Below are positions 13,001-27,000 of a stretch of 64,000 bases of DNA, piece by piece. Below the pieces are notes generated by a model, which made no database searches, had not been told where the DNA came from, and worked only from the letters and a program-made list of their open reading frames with translations. Location: the NCBI GenBank assembly GCA_040954595.2, contig CM082588.2:3060513-3124512 (forward strand), given 5' to 3'. The stretch is from Balanoglossus misakiensis (lineage: Eukaryota; Animalia; Hemichordata). Both the position numbers and the translations under genes were made by a program. Within the stretch, counting starts at the first letter, position 1, and every line of letters starts with the position of its first letter.

Positions 13001-16000
13001 TGGTTTATTTTACAGGAGTGTGAACATATCAATGCAGGTAGCAGCATCACTGACACAAACCAGTAACTCTCTGGCAAGCATTGAAGCAGAGGAGAAGAGA
13101 AAAGCACTGGAAGATGAGAAAGCAAGACTGGCCATGCTCAAGGTATGTTGCAGTAGAACCCCCTGGGATTCCTAGAGTAATGAACCAGCCCAGCAGTTCC
13201 TGGTTTAGGAGTTAGACCATTTCATTGCAACCAGAGTGGGGAGGGTCATCTGTACATTAGGGTTATCTCCCATAGTTGCCCCCCACCCCACAATAAAAGG
13301 ACAGAGCTGAAAGATTCTTTTTGTTAAAAATGACTATAAGATATTGCATGTTGTAATCATAACCAATACAGTCACTGGCTGCCTTGCAATAGCAGTGTTC
13401 TAAATTCCCCCCTGCCTCATTGAGAGAATGTTTCTTAGTGTATGTTACAGCTGTAATCCCAACCTCCCTTCAAGGAACTTGTGTTGTTTGAACGAAGTGT
13501 TTTCTCTATATAGTCGAGAACCCTTCAGTATATAATCTAGAATCTCCTGGTTGCCGTGTATTTTTCCCTGTAAACTAGAGAACCTCTTAGGATATGCTCT
13601 AAAATCTCCTGGTTTCGAGGGACAAAGGTTCATTTAGAAAGTAGACCTTGGTGGAGACAAGTCTTCGTATGGGGCATGATACCTATGATTGGGTTGGTAG
13701 GAGTAGGTCAAATTTTTGAATGCACAACTATGATTGTTTACAAGACAACCGAGGGTAATAAGACTCTATATGCCCTGGATTCGCCGGAAGATGTGCCCCT
13801 GACTAGCCCAGCAGAGTTTGACACTTTTGACTCCCCCCTGGCTAGCCCAGTCGAGTTTGCGACTTTTGATGCCATCTATCTCAACATTCAGGTACCACGC
13901 ATAAGTTTTATGAAACTACACTTGCAGTAGAACATGAGTGGTAGTGGGTGTTTTTAGATGCTAGATTTACACTATGATGAGTATAGGTACATCAGAACCA
14001 TAAGTCAGGTACAGTGCTTACTCCATCTGGCCATAGACGGCACAATTACTGTCTGGGTAAAAATGGCTTCAACAGATAAGACGTTTATCGTTTACTCATC
14101 TGTGTGTAGCAGAAGTGCGATATGATGGGTTATGAAAGGAGAATGGCAAACATTTTGGATTAAATGATAAAACAAAAGTCTTGGAATCCAAATTTATTCA
14201 TATGAACACGTGCTACGTGTCCATACAACTTTTCATCATCAAAGTTGAATTCTCCAATCACTTGTGTAGGAGCAACGTCTGAAAGAAGCCAGCCAACCAC
14301 AAGCTCCCAGTCCCCAGAGTTCACCTCAGATGGCGGTGGCTGCTCCAGTCTCGGTGCCAGCTCCGGCCCCAGCCCCGGCTGTGTCGAGTCAGAACCCATT
14401 TACGCCGATGCCGGTCGTCGCGCCACCAGTGCAGCAACCAGTGGTGCAGGCCACGCAGCAGCCAGACCTCTTTGCGGCAACACCGCTCCCAGGTAAGTAC
14501 TTAGCAAGGACATCTCTCTCATCATCTATCACGTTCGTTTGCCGTTTTTTTTCGTTTTCCGGTGACGACAAACTAACTCCCAATTTTTGTCTTTTGCAGC
14601 ACCCACTCAGGCTAACAAGCCGTCAGATGACCTCATGTCATTAGGAAATCCATTCGCTGCCAATATCCAAGCAGCCATGCAGCAACCTGCCATGCCCACT
14701 TCAACGGCAAATGTTTGGGGATCACCCAATGGTAAGCTTCCCCAATCCGCCAGGCACAGCGTGCACACTGATGGCATCTGTTTACGGATAGTTAAAGGGT
14801 CTCTATTCAAGATCTCTTTTCTCATTCGTTGGGTGATGTACTAATTTCTCTATCTTATTGGCTGCAACTTTCTTGAACCCTCTAGCTTAGAAGAGAATAA
14901 AAGAGTCCAACATGTCATGTCAATGCCATCTGTTGTCTACTGGCATCTGTTTTGGTGTCTGCTGAGTTTCCATCTTGTAAAACAAACATTAAATACATAT
15001 CATTTGTCTCATGTTCTCATATCTGTGCTACTCTTGTATTAATGTAATATTTCCATTGCCATATCTCACTGTAGTCTGCTTTTCAGAATGGTCAATGTCT
15101 GTGACTCATACTGTACAAGCTGAAAAATCTTGCGTCGGTATTTTGCATGATCCTGTTGCCTGCCAAGGCCTTTTTGCCAACATGTACATTTTTTGGAGTG
15201 TGTATGTAATCACTCATCAGTTCAATGCTTGACTACGTGTCCCAAGTTGACGTGCTGGAATTTTTTCTCTCTTTTTTGCCTCCCATTTTTCCACTTGCTT
15301 GCCAAGAATTTGGTGGATTACCAGCGCAAAGTAATACCACTACCACAGCAGAAGTTCCATCACTGTTTGACACAGACCCTGCAATAGAGTCAATATTTTC
15401 ACCACCACCGCTACCACCAACAAATGATGGTACTGATTATATCCGTCAAATCGGATCACTTTTTTAATGACTCTTAACGTTAGTTCTGGTAGCTACCCAA
15501 CCTGTCCAGTGAAAGTAAATTTTAAGAAAGTGGCCCCAGGTAGTTTAGTGTGCCCCATCCCAGACACATACATTAGTGTGATTATACATTTACATGTATG
15601 TGATTGTGTCATTGTGTCTGTCAGTACAGGTTCATTATGTGTAATCTGATCATGTCCTAGTTTCATAGGGTTTGTCTCACTGTGTTGTCATACATGCTGT
15701 GTAACTGTATTCTTATGTATGTTGGTATATGTCACAGTGTTTGTCACCATACATGAAGAGTATACTGATATGTTCTGTGTTAGGTCATATGCATTGTAGT
15801 GTTTTTGCCACACTGACACACCCATATACACAGATTGTTCCAAATAGCAAGCAAAACTCTAATGATCTATAATTTCTGTTCCGTATCCACCCCCACCCCC
15901 AATCTTTATCTGCTGACTTCACACACGGATAGGCTTTGACATCGCGGCTTCTGCTGGCAACACAGCTATGTCCCAGCAAGCTATGGCACCCTTCAGTCTC

Positions 16001-19000
16001 ATGGATAACGATGACACACCTCAGCAGACAGGCATTGATCTACAGGCCGTGTTAGCGCCCTCTCTGTCGCCGGCTTCTCCTGCTAAATTTCCAAAGCCAT
16101 CCCAGGGGGCTCAAAGTATATATAGTCACTAGCGTTCTTCTACTTGCAGATTCTTAGATTGTGTTTCTGTCCCTGTAGTGTGTTAGATCAAAAATAAAAT
16201 GTGTTCAGTTTGTACATGAAGTAAGGTAGTTGACTAGACCTAGCTCTAGATTTTCCTTCATAGACTGACCACTACTGTCCATGCTTAAATCTAACTAGTA
16301 ACCAACTGTGTGTCATCCTTACATTGTTGTGCTTCGTATCACCCGTCAACATCTGTGTTTTGTGTGTAAACATGTCATGTTTATGAACAGTACAACATTT
16401 TGTCTTCTATGTTTGTGTTACTGTGTCTTTCATCCGTACTATGCTTTCCTATCATCCTGTGATGCCAAAATGTTGGACTATAAAATATGTATTAGGATTT
16501 ATTTCAGATTATCATTTTAGGTTATATACTGATTTTAGCTGACTTGCCATAGTTGTATATTGATTTGATGTGGTGTGTATTGTGCCAAAATTATGATTAA
16601 GTCAAAAACGTTTGTCTACAATAATTAATTAGTCAGTTGACAAAAAAGCAAGCAATTCCTTCAATGAAGTACATTGATCTAGTCATAATTTTGGCCTGAT
16701 ATCTCACCTATATGTGTTCACTTGATTATTATTCATGATTGCCATGTGATGGTCAATGAAAACACTAACCTATCAAAGAACATCCCTATTATCACGAGAT
16801 TTCTTGTTTCCATCCCAGTACAGCATGTAGACCAGCTTCTTATCGTTCTTACAAATACTTTCCTCTGAAAACTCATCAATTCTAACACTCTTTCATTTCT
16901 TCAAAGCATGCTACCCCCTCCCCCTAATCTACAGACTGACTGTGATCGCATGCTAAAAAAAGTTCTAACATTTCGAAATTCCCTCCACGGAGGAAGTACG
17001 CACTGTTGCACCAACTAACTTTTTTTTCATCAGCGCACGTTATTTTTTTTTCTTCTCCTTCCATGTGTGTGTGTGGCGTATCCTGTGTTGCACTTTTGTC
17101 TTCTGTCTCGCCGTCTCCGTATATAACAGGACCAGGCTCTTATCCTTCTGCAGGTTTTCAGGCTAGTTTCCCCTCTCAGCAACCGGCTGTGGGTGAAGGT
17201 AGTTCTCACTTACTTCATACTTGCAGTAGTAATATTAACGTGTCACTGACCCCAACTCTGGCCTGCCCCGTGTATGAGCCCCATCACTGGTTATAACAGA
17301 TACAGTGTATGCTGTCAGTATGGGGTTTTTGTGTGACAAATATATGAATCAGACAAACTGAGATCTGTTCAAAGTTAGAATTTTCTAATTTGCCCTGTTA
17401 TTGACACTGACTGCATAGCTGTATCTACCATAACCAGTGGGCACATACACAGGTTGCCATCTTGTCAGTACATATTAGATTTTCTCCCACCCAAGTTGAT
17501 GTAGTCTTTTTGGCCCTCTACCTTCCTCTCCCGACCACAGGTTTCACAAACAATAATGTAGTAGGGGCAGATTTTGACAAAGTGTTTGGGGCGACCGCTG
17601 AACCTGAAAAGCCAGGTAAGAATGGCATTGGTGTCAAAACCAGACCTGTGCACAGATGTCACTTTGCAAGAAAAAAATCTCCATGCACTCTAAAAATGCA
17701 TGATATTCTGAGAAAGAAGACTTATTTGACATGATTTGAACTTTGACACTACATTTGACATAAGCATGCTGCCTGCCTTACATTGTCCCTTTTCCCCCTC
17801 CCCCCTAAATGTGCACTGTGATTGTGAAACAAATAGTTCCCATGGTTACATGTATTATATTAAGTACTGTTATTTACTGCACGTTATTTTCTTAAGTCGA
17901 GTTTTAGGAGCTCTCAAATGTACTAACCGTAGGAATTGAAATGCATCATCAAGAATGTGAAGGAAACATGCGATTCAGGCTTGTGTGAGAAAAATCTGAC
18001 GGTGTATGTACTCAGTAGAATATTCAGAATACAAGAAAGTATACGCTGTTGTTTTAGCCCACCTGAGATTTTTAAAACTGATGTCAACATGATGGAAAGT
18101 GCACAGGCATTTTGGAAATGCATCACAGGTGAATTACAGGGCAACTTGTCACATCAGTCTAATAATGGACAAGGTACTGACTACTTTTCCACACCTCCAT
18201 TTTCAGCCGATGGTCTTGGCGACATCCTGCTCCCTATGTCCAGTGGAGGACAGTTGCAACCTGAACCCAAACAGACAAATCTAGTAGCTAGCGACAAAGA
18301 CTTAGACTCCACCTTGGCCAATCTGGCTGGAAGTCTGGACATCAACAGTCCTGGAGGAAAGAAGTATGTACCCTTTGGTTTCAACTTTTGGACTTTTGAT
18401 ACTCGCCAGGTCGATGATTATAACTTCTTTGAATTTTAAGAGTTGCACTGTGTCCTGCATTGTCATAAATTATAGTCTATGACAACCTGGTCATTACAAC
18501 ACTTTGTCATTAGAGTTTTGGAATTCATTTATAGTTATGCGTAAGTTAGTGACAGTTGGGTATTTTCGTGTGGAAGCACATTGACAAGTTATGCTGTGAA
18601 CTTCGTCGGTGATTCATCAATGTCAAAATCTCTTATTCTTATCTCAAGGTGGCACTGTATTACCCTAATGTCCGCTTGCAATGGAGACCCTGTAATGATA
18701 AACCCATACTCATTTCTGCTGGAAATTACATAGTGTATAATGATTCACTGTCAGTATGCACAGAGAATTATTATTGAGGACATTATCCAGGCAGAAATCT
18801 GCTATTTTTGTGGTTCTACCAGATAGATAAACTTATTTATGACGTCTGACCTCTCAGCCACAGCAATACTAACAAAGAATTATCTTTTTGTCTCTCTGTG
18901 CAATTTTTTTCTCTCTTCATCTGCAACACACTTGCCACATTTTCAGTTTTGATTTTGATTTTCAACTTGGCCCGGCAGACAGGATAAAGTATGTTGTACA

Positions 19001-20065
19001 GCTTATCGAAATTCAGTATTTGGAGAGAAGTTCGTTGTGTGGTTCTGGTACTGTTATATTGCTGTGGAATATGAAAACAGAGTTCTGTGATCTTTCAGTG
19101 ATGCCCCCCTTGCCCTCCCCCATCTCTTGCAACCTCCAGTACTTGTTTTGTGTGCCTCCTCCTCCCCCCAGGAAATCTCAGTACCCCCAGATTGTCTATC
19201 ACAGTGTACATATTTATGCCAAGTTTGGAGTTTGTGTAGGATCTAGGTTTCTGTGTGTGTGAATCGTCACTTTGATGTTGGGTGTCTGTAGGTAAGGTCA
19301 ATTGTACAAATCAACTGATAGAATGCCAATGGAACCATAGACAGTAGAACTAAAGTGAGGTGACAAAGAATTTCTATGTATCTGCAAGAATTATAACAGT
19401 TTGTTTTCCAGCTCCAGTATTCGTCATTAATCTGGTGATACGTGTGCCCTCAATACTAATCTAATTATAAGGCATATGAAACAGAAATAACCAATGTCTG
19501 GAAAAGGGTAGTGATTTACTACCTTCTTGAGCTGTGGTCAAGAACCTGTTGACTTTTCCTGTTGCACCCCAGTGATCCACTCACAACATATTCCAACACG
19601 ACTGGCGTCATTCTATGTTGGCAGTTTTATTGAGTGGACTATGTTTTGATAAAATGAACCAAATAATAAATAATGCAGTAGGTGACTGACTGTTGTGTTG
19701 ATGCTTTGTGCAGGACACAGCATCAATGGACGAAACCCAGCAACCAGGTGAGGACAGGAGGAAACCAATGGACTCAAGCACAGAGTGTCACCACATGGCC
19801 GTCACAGCCAACATCAATGGTAAGAGGGGGTAAATGTGTGAAGGTTAAAGTGTCTTGTTGTGGTCTGTGGTGCTGTAGAGAATGAATTGGGTTTGGATGG
19901 TTTTGGTTGGTAGGTGTGTTTTGAATTTGGTTGATGACCAGTTGGTCAGCCTCCGGATTCACCAGTTAGCTGGAGGTGTTAATAAAGAGTTTGTTTCAGT
20001 GGTGTAATCTGTTTCACATGGAAAAGAGGGAGGAAGAGAGAGAGAGAGATATGGAGATGCGCCAT

Positions 20066-20098
<33 letters not shown>

Positions 20099-23000
20099 AG
20101 AGAGCTTGCTTTTGGATGTTAACATCCTATATATCCAATGACTGCACCATGTTCAATGATCACCACTGTCGACCATGACATCACCTTACTATATATAATT
20201 ACAACTCATTATTTTTAATATAAAATCTTTTTCACCCAATTCCAGAAGGTGTAGGACATTATCTCAAATGATGCACTCTTTCATTTCCACCGTCAACAGT
20301 CACCCTTTCCCCCCTTTTTGTTCTTTGTTTATTTTTCCTGCATTCTTTCAGTTATTGGGGTAGCGGTGTTGCACATTCTATAATCCGTTTCTGAATGTGG
20401 TCTTTGGACTGTGAATGCCAGTTTTACCAAATAAAAAAAAATGGCAGTTTTCCTTTTCTTTGCTCGACTGTGTGTCGGTGGTAATTCCTGCAGTAGGTAG
20501 GGCTTGCCCCTTCGTGCTTGCTGTTTTGGGGGAGGCTGCGTTGACCCGGTGGCTGCTGGACAAGAGAATGAAGACGGTATAAAAAATAACGTGAGAGAAA
20601 TTAATAATGACTGTGTTTAAGAGCTTGGTTTGCTTCCTGTGCTTATCCATGTTTTGCCCTTCATTCTTTCAAGGAGTCGAGTAACCAGCAGAACCCGAAG
20701 CCGGTGAGTTTTTGATCCCCCCTCTCACAAAGAATGCATTGTAGGACGTAGAAACTCGCCCCTTCCCCCTCACACACCAACTCCCAGGTGTACCCAGTGG
20801 CTGTACCCCAAAGTACCCAGATTCATCCCATGTCACCTGGTTCTACCCAGTGGCTGTTGCTATGACATTACCCGACACATCCCTGTTGGCTGTTGTGTCG
20901 GTCGCAATGTGTGTGGTGTTTGTCAACCCAGCTCCCTGATTTGTTTGTGTCTGCAGAACTCGAGGCAACTTAAGATTATTCTGTGTTAAAATTGAGAATG
21001 AAAACCTTACTGTTTACAGACTTTTGAATGGGAGAGAAAAATTGTCTCAAATTTGAAATTCAAAATGGCCACCAGTCTCTATGGAGAAATGTTTTTAAGC
21101 AGTTGTGATTTTTATTTTTAAAAAAACTTGGAAGTATTGAGTATGTAGTATTGGAACTGATGATGAATATTCATGCATGTAAATTATTATTGAGAAACCA
21201 ATGAGTTTGGAACTTTCAAGTTGCACTCATGATTGTAGATTAATGTTGGGCTTCTGTGACAATGTTGTCTGGTGATCTGTGTTTCCATGTATTGAATGAT
21301 GCTGGCTTTTCCCTGTCTCTCTTAGTTCCTGCATGCTACCCCAAAAGCTGACAGCACCAACCTTGGCTGCTTGTTTTTATCATTCACTAACAGTGTAAAT
21401 GTTGTAATTTGTGGTGTTTGGTGTATGTGTTTCCCTTGGTGTACATTTTTGTGTATTCGTCTGACTTTTTTCCATGGTTGCACAATGACACCAATGAGTG
21501 CACTTATACGAAGATTTTTACGCGTAACCTACCGTTGGAACTATGGGAATCAGAACTTTGCTGAATATTTTCGGTCGCACACTAAACATTCGCAGTAATA
21601 ATCAGCATCTTTTTAAATTGCAGTAAAACCTGTCTAAACCGGTTTGTGAGCTTTGGGAAACTTTGGGTACCAAAGATGGTTCTGTCAAACTATTGCAGAC
21701 ATAACTAATGTTTGGTTTAGACAGGTTCTGCTGTATGTGTGACCAGTGGATCGCACAGAGCCAGCCTCTTGTTCTCATTATATTCAGCACTGCACCATAA
21801 CTGACATCACTGCTAGTATATTACACTTTACTAAGATCACCACCTCACAGACAGACGACTTCTTCTTTACAGTGGTATCTGGCGTAAGCCATCACTTTCT
21901 GAGGGCTGTAACGGGAGAGCTTATTAACACAGAGGGGTGAAAGGTGTAATAAATGGAACAGTCGAACCTTTCTGTCTTCTGATTTATGCCCTGCAAACTT
22001 CAAATTTTTAAAATAGTGTTTTTTGCTCTGTCTAGTGTTAATACCTATCAGGTAGTCCAACTTCATATAAACTGCACACAAGCTAGCCAGTTTCACCGAT
22101 TGTTTCATTTCATATATTTCCATTTTTTCTCATTTCCTGACAAAACGTTTGTATCACACACGAAGGTGTTTTGCACTTCATGCAAACAGCTGCAGTAATT
22201 GAGGGTTATTCCATTCCATTTTTAAAGGGTGGCCAACCGGCAGATTGGAGGGGCAATGCATACTCGGGACATTTTACAACCCAGCCCACCCCTGCAATAC
22301 CATCCATGGTGAGAATTCATTTCAAAGCAACAACAAAAACTCCCATCAGCCAGATCATCTCAGACCGTCTCCCTTTTGTATGTCACCGCTTTATCATTTT
22401 TCAAATATTTAAAAAAAAAAACATATCCAAGTAAAATGCATGTGTATGGTGGTATGTCCATAGCAATCGGATATATGTGTAGTCATTTTTTGAATGCCTA
22501 ATAATATAATGGACATTTTTGGTAGAAGTCTTGTGAAAGTAGAATCATATGCATAACATAGCAATCATATCTGTGCCCCACTGTCGGTAAGGTGATATAT
22601 GTAGGTCCAAAAATGCATGTCATAAACGCTCCGTAAAAGTTGCCTTTGAAAAAAAGAAATCTTCATACAAAAGGGAGAGAGTTTGATTATCTGGCTGGTG
22701 CCTTTTTATTTCATTTTGAAATTGTTAACATTTTCATATGTTTGAGTTGCTGACTTCAAACGAGTTCCATTTCATTAACGCTGTAACCCGTCGCTGGCCT
22801 ATTTTCTCGTAGCTGTCTGCAGGGGCTAGTTGTAGTCGTGATCGATGAGAGTACTGATCAGCGAGATTAATTTGACCCTAACGCATTGAACATGGACACC
22901 CACACACACACAAAGTCATAACATTTACCCTGATGTAACTCATCTTCACACATCGTGTCTTTGCCTGCACTGTGGTGTCTGTTTGGAATGTGATGCGTAG

Positions 23001-24170
23001 CCATGGAGATCGTGATGTAGTAGTTTGCCATTCAGACTTCTGATGAAGCCAGTCAGCTGACCGCTAGTAACGCCAGTAGCAGATTTATAGTTTTAGCAGC
23101 AAGATGGCTGAAGAGTATAACCCTATCTGCCTGCTGTAGCTGTTCACAAATTGCCTGATTCTGTATGGTTGTCCAGCAATCCTGCTGCATGGTCGCCTGT
23201 ACCACATACATGTTCCATCATCATGTCGGCGCATACAAATCATTTCAAAGATTATTCTATTTTCTACAGCATTTTAAACCATCATACCTACGCAAACACA
23301 TAAGTCACATAAGCACACACACACATTCCACATACATAATCAAACTTTTTGTATCAGTTTTTGGCATTCACATCAGATGGTATTGAAGAAGAGAGGCTGC
23401 TCCCACATTTCCCCACACACACCATACAGCTACTAGATATTTAAAACTAAACAAATGTGAATTGCATGATTCATTAAATCACATCAGACAAAAATTAAGG
23501 GTAATAGCTTGTAAAGGTAAGAGAGTGTGTCGACAATGCCCAAGTGGCAGTATCTTGTTGAACTTTAAAGCCCCTCACAAGTAATTGACCCTGAACACCC
23601 CCTAGAAGTCACTGCAGATAAATCAGTGGGTTCAAACCTGCAGTAAATATGGGAAATTCCATCACAACCAGAGGTAGGTGGAATGAAGAAACTGAGGGGT
23701 ATACTTGTTCTGTGTTATTGTCGACTCTTTGCACCCAGACCTCTGTCTGTTTATGTGCAAAAGGATTTATTTTCCCCCCAACATGCATTTTGGTTGCTTC
23801 CAGGCGGCAGGCAGAGCTCCCTACGGAATGGCCGGGGCACCCGGAGCCGTGCCAGCAGCCGGCATGTATCCACCACAACCACAGCCATTCGGAATGATGG
23901 GACAACCCATGGGAATGCCACCCGTGAATGCATTTGGAAGTCAACCAATGACAGCTCCAGTATCACAGCCCAAAGACCCATTTGTAAGTGTCTGTCTGAT
24001 TGGTACATGTGTGAACTGAATGGAACATATTTGAACAATAAGACTTACGCACTCCCCCTATAAGTCTCTTTCCATGCTGTATTGTGAAAATATCTCCGAC
24101 ACAGCAATATATATATATGTGTGTGACTATATTTCGTTCTCATTTCTCCGAACAACAGGGCAACTTGTGA
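7038..24170 (+). CDS. PICALM: Phosphatidylinositol-binding clathrin assembly protein (PICALM/AP180/LAP family, ANTH domain); 5'-partial, exon 1 is upstream of the window
   Basis: GT-AG, phase-compatible exons: 7038-7180 ([47 protein letters not shown]), 7340-7415, 7778-7880 ([18 protein letters not shown]), 8024-8063, 8199-8255, 8400-8511 ([19 protein letters not shown]), 8650-8756, 10527-10568, 12729-12802 ([13 protein letters not shown]), 13016-13142, 14270-14492, 14600-14731, 17541-17615, 18207-18363 ([13 protein letters not shown]), 19714-19819, 23804-23983, 24159-24170 (ends KDPFGNL-stop). The tail has NPF, DLF and DPF motifs. Probable cassette exons are listed under findings. Confidence 0.96.
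13796..13872. repeat. Imperfect tandem duplication of about 39 bp within a PICALM intron
   Basis: CCCCTGACTAGCCCAGCAGAGTTTGACACTTTTGA is followed by CCCCTGGCTAGCCCAGTCGAGTTTGCGACTTTTGA. Confidence 0.7.
20034..20104. repeat. Compound (GA)n/(GT)n microsatellite
   Basis: A GA run, then a TG run, then another GA run, directly visible. Confidence 0.9.
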
Positions 24171-27000
24171 TGGACGCACAGGTCTTCAGAACTGAGAGAA
24201 AAACATGTCTATATATTACACACCTAAACTACAATCAAGTCAACTTTTGTTACCATGGGAACGGCTGGAGTACTGAAGAAGTAGCACATGTGTGACTTAC
24301 AAGCCTCATTTCTGACACGTCAAGTCGTCCGTACAGTTTTCCATTAGAACACTGCGAAAAAAAGCAATATCTGCATGAACGATTAGTAAAATGTCTTATT
24401 TAAAACAAAAAGAAATGACAGGCATTATTAATTCCCATCATAAGACCCCTATTACAAATTTATAAAATAACTTATATTAACATATTTTTTAATTTTTTGT
24501 AGAATTAATTTTGTAGCAAAAAAAATCAAGACTGTTGCTACTTTTCTTTGTTCTGTGCATGCAAGATATTCAGAGATTTTTTGTGGATTACTTTATCTGG
24601 TTGCACAAAAGAATTGCAATGTATGAATTCTATCTATCTTCTACTCTGATACATAAAAACACAGTAAAATTAAAAAAAAAATATGTGGACTTCATTGTCA
24701 CAGATGGGTTGAAGTGGTGTTAGAAATCTCAGAGTGATTTGTAAAAAATAATTAGAAATGTTATATTTCAAGCTTATCTGCCAAAAGACAGAGATATAAA
24801 TTTGCTGTGTATTTTTTTTAGTTATATGTATAATACTAGGGATGTTTCTTGATTTGAAGCACTGGTTGCTTGCTACAGCTCCTGAATTGAATTCTCTGTT
24901 CTGTTTTATGCAGATTTTCGTATTACACTCCCCCCCCCCCCCACACCAATTCATTGAACGTGCCCTTACCACAACACATGCGGGCAAGAAAGTACAAACT
25001 GATCTGAGTGTGACATACTCTTTTTTGGCACACTGATAATAAGGTTAATTCGTGTTTTTTTCTGCAGAGAGTGTTCTCAATTTTATTGAAAGGGTGATTG
25101 AAATGTGTTTCCATTGCCTTGTTGAGCAAGTTAACAAGGCACCGATTCGTATTGCAGAGTTATAATATGCAAACAAGTATATATACCAGATATGCCATTT
25201 CAGTTGCAGTAAAAGACTGAAATGCCCTTAATACCCATGTAGTCATCATCTCAAAGTGTAGTCTCATATTTTCTTCTTATCTTGAGAACTTCTGGTTTAG
25301 TCTTCCTGTCTCCTCAATCTGGGTCATCAGTTTATGATTTGGAAAAAAAAAGATGAAGAGTACTCTTACTTTGAACAAAAGTAGTGCATCATCGTTGTGC
25401 TGTGAATATTTTTAGTGATCGTGTGATTGAATGCACTGGAAGGTGCACATCACTGGCAGATCTTGGTTAGGTTGACCCATTACGACAAACTTGACTATGT
25501 TTTCTGACTGCTTTGGCAGTTTTCACACACGTCTGCACACAGTTGCTGTGTTTCACTCATTTAAGTACCTTTAAGTTTATATAAAACACTAAATGTGATT
25601 TACACCTGACTGCAAAAATGAGTCGGGTACCAGCACCATGCTTAGAGACTTTTTTTCCAGTTTGATAAGGAGTAGTTTGTTTGCAGCTGCTTCAATCTGA
25701 TTGGTCAGATGTGTCGATATTTGTGGTGCCCCTTAGACTCCCAGGAAAATGTCAGAGGTGTTTGTCTTGTCATAGTTGTCTGTGCCGGTGTGTTTAAATT
25801 GGAAGTGGAAATGATATATTTGTTTACTGTCTTAATACCTGATTTCAATGCAGGGAACATGCATATGATTTGAGGTGTTGACTGGTGCAAGTAACCAATT
25901 GTTCTGCAACTGTCGGATGTACATACATATTTGAGAAAACATAGTGTCTTCTTCAATGTTGTGAATATTCTAGAGAGTAGTACACAATGACAGTGTTTTT
26001 TTCTGATTGACTCTGATGTAGTGAATAAAGCATGTCTTTTGTAATAAAAATTAACAAAACGAAATAAGGGGAGAAAACCCTCCTCCCCAATACAGGATAT
26101 TGTGGTCAGGAGAGATCTTCGGCTCAACTGGGAAAATGAGAAACTGATCTTCGTCCATGATCAGCATAAAGGTTAATGCTACTCAGTGGTTGGTGTTACT
26201 ACAGTCCTGTGGTTTTCTATTCAAATGTCGATCTCAGTATTTGAAAATGGCCAGGGAAAAACACACAAAAAATGATAACTTTGTGTCACTTTTGTAGGCT
26301 GTGTGAGAGTGGTCAGTAGAGGAGTTTTACCAAGCTGTATAAAGGCAATAATGTTTCGGTGGACTTGTGTGTAACTAAGCAGTAGTTTTCATGTTGGATA
26401 GTGCCTGGCAATATTGCTTTCACCTCACAGTTGAGTCCAAAGGCTTCTTTGTACTGAGGTGCTTTTCTACAGTGAGCTTCAATGCATTGCACCCAGTATG
26501 CTGGAAAGGTCTGTGGGTGCACCATCTGAAATCCAAGAGGGCAGAAGGGACATGGGGGAAAAGAATAAAAAGTAATGATGATGTTTCAGATAATTTGTGT
26601 AACCCATTCATCACTGTTGGTGTGGTTTACCTAGCCAGCCTCCGTTAGATATCAGATGGTGCAGTCCTGTCCACGTGATTTTGTATCTGCAGTATAGCTT
26701 GACTGTATAGCTGAAGCAGAAAATAATGTATGTCATGTTCATTTGTGTCTGTCGTAGCATGGGAAGGCAACCTATGACTTTCTGACAACCACTCTCCAAT
26801 GTAATGTATTTGTCCTTTTTTTCAATCTCTGTCCAAGATGGTAAAAAAACAAAACAGTGAATGGAAATTTCAATATTGTGTCAGGATCTTTACTTTCCAG
26901 TTGTATTAGAAAAGAAAGCCCAGGGGCGACTTTTTTGTAGCAGAATTTGTTCAGGAAACACAAACTGTGTACCTTACAATAAAAGTACCTGTATCAGTAA
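24171..27000 (+). other. Long 3' UTR of the PICALM-like gene (end approximate)
   Basis: AT/U-rich non-coding tract after the stop at 24170. AATAAA signals occur near 26023, 26043 and 26978. The next gene starts at 27720. Confidence 0.5.

Noticed and set aside
20352-20590. Strong acceptor at 20351 and a GC-richer block at 20501-20590 as further PICALM exons
   Set aside because: The first reads LLG-stop or a frame-shifting 8 nt. The second has ambiguous frame and weak sites, and its peptides do not resemble the tail. This cannot be supported without transcripts.
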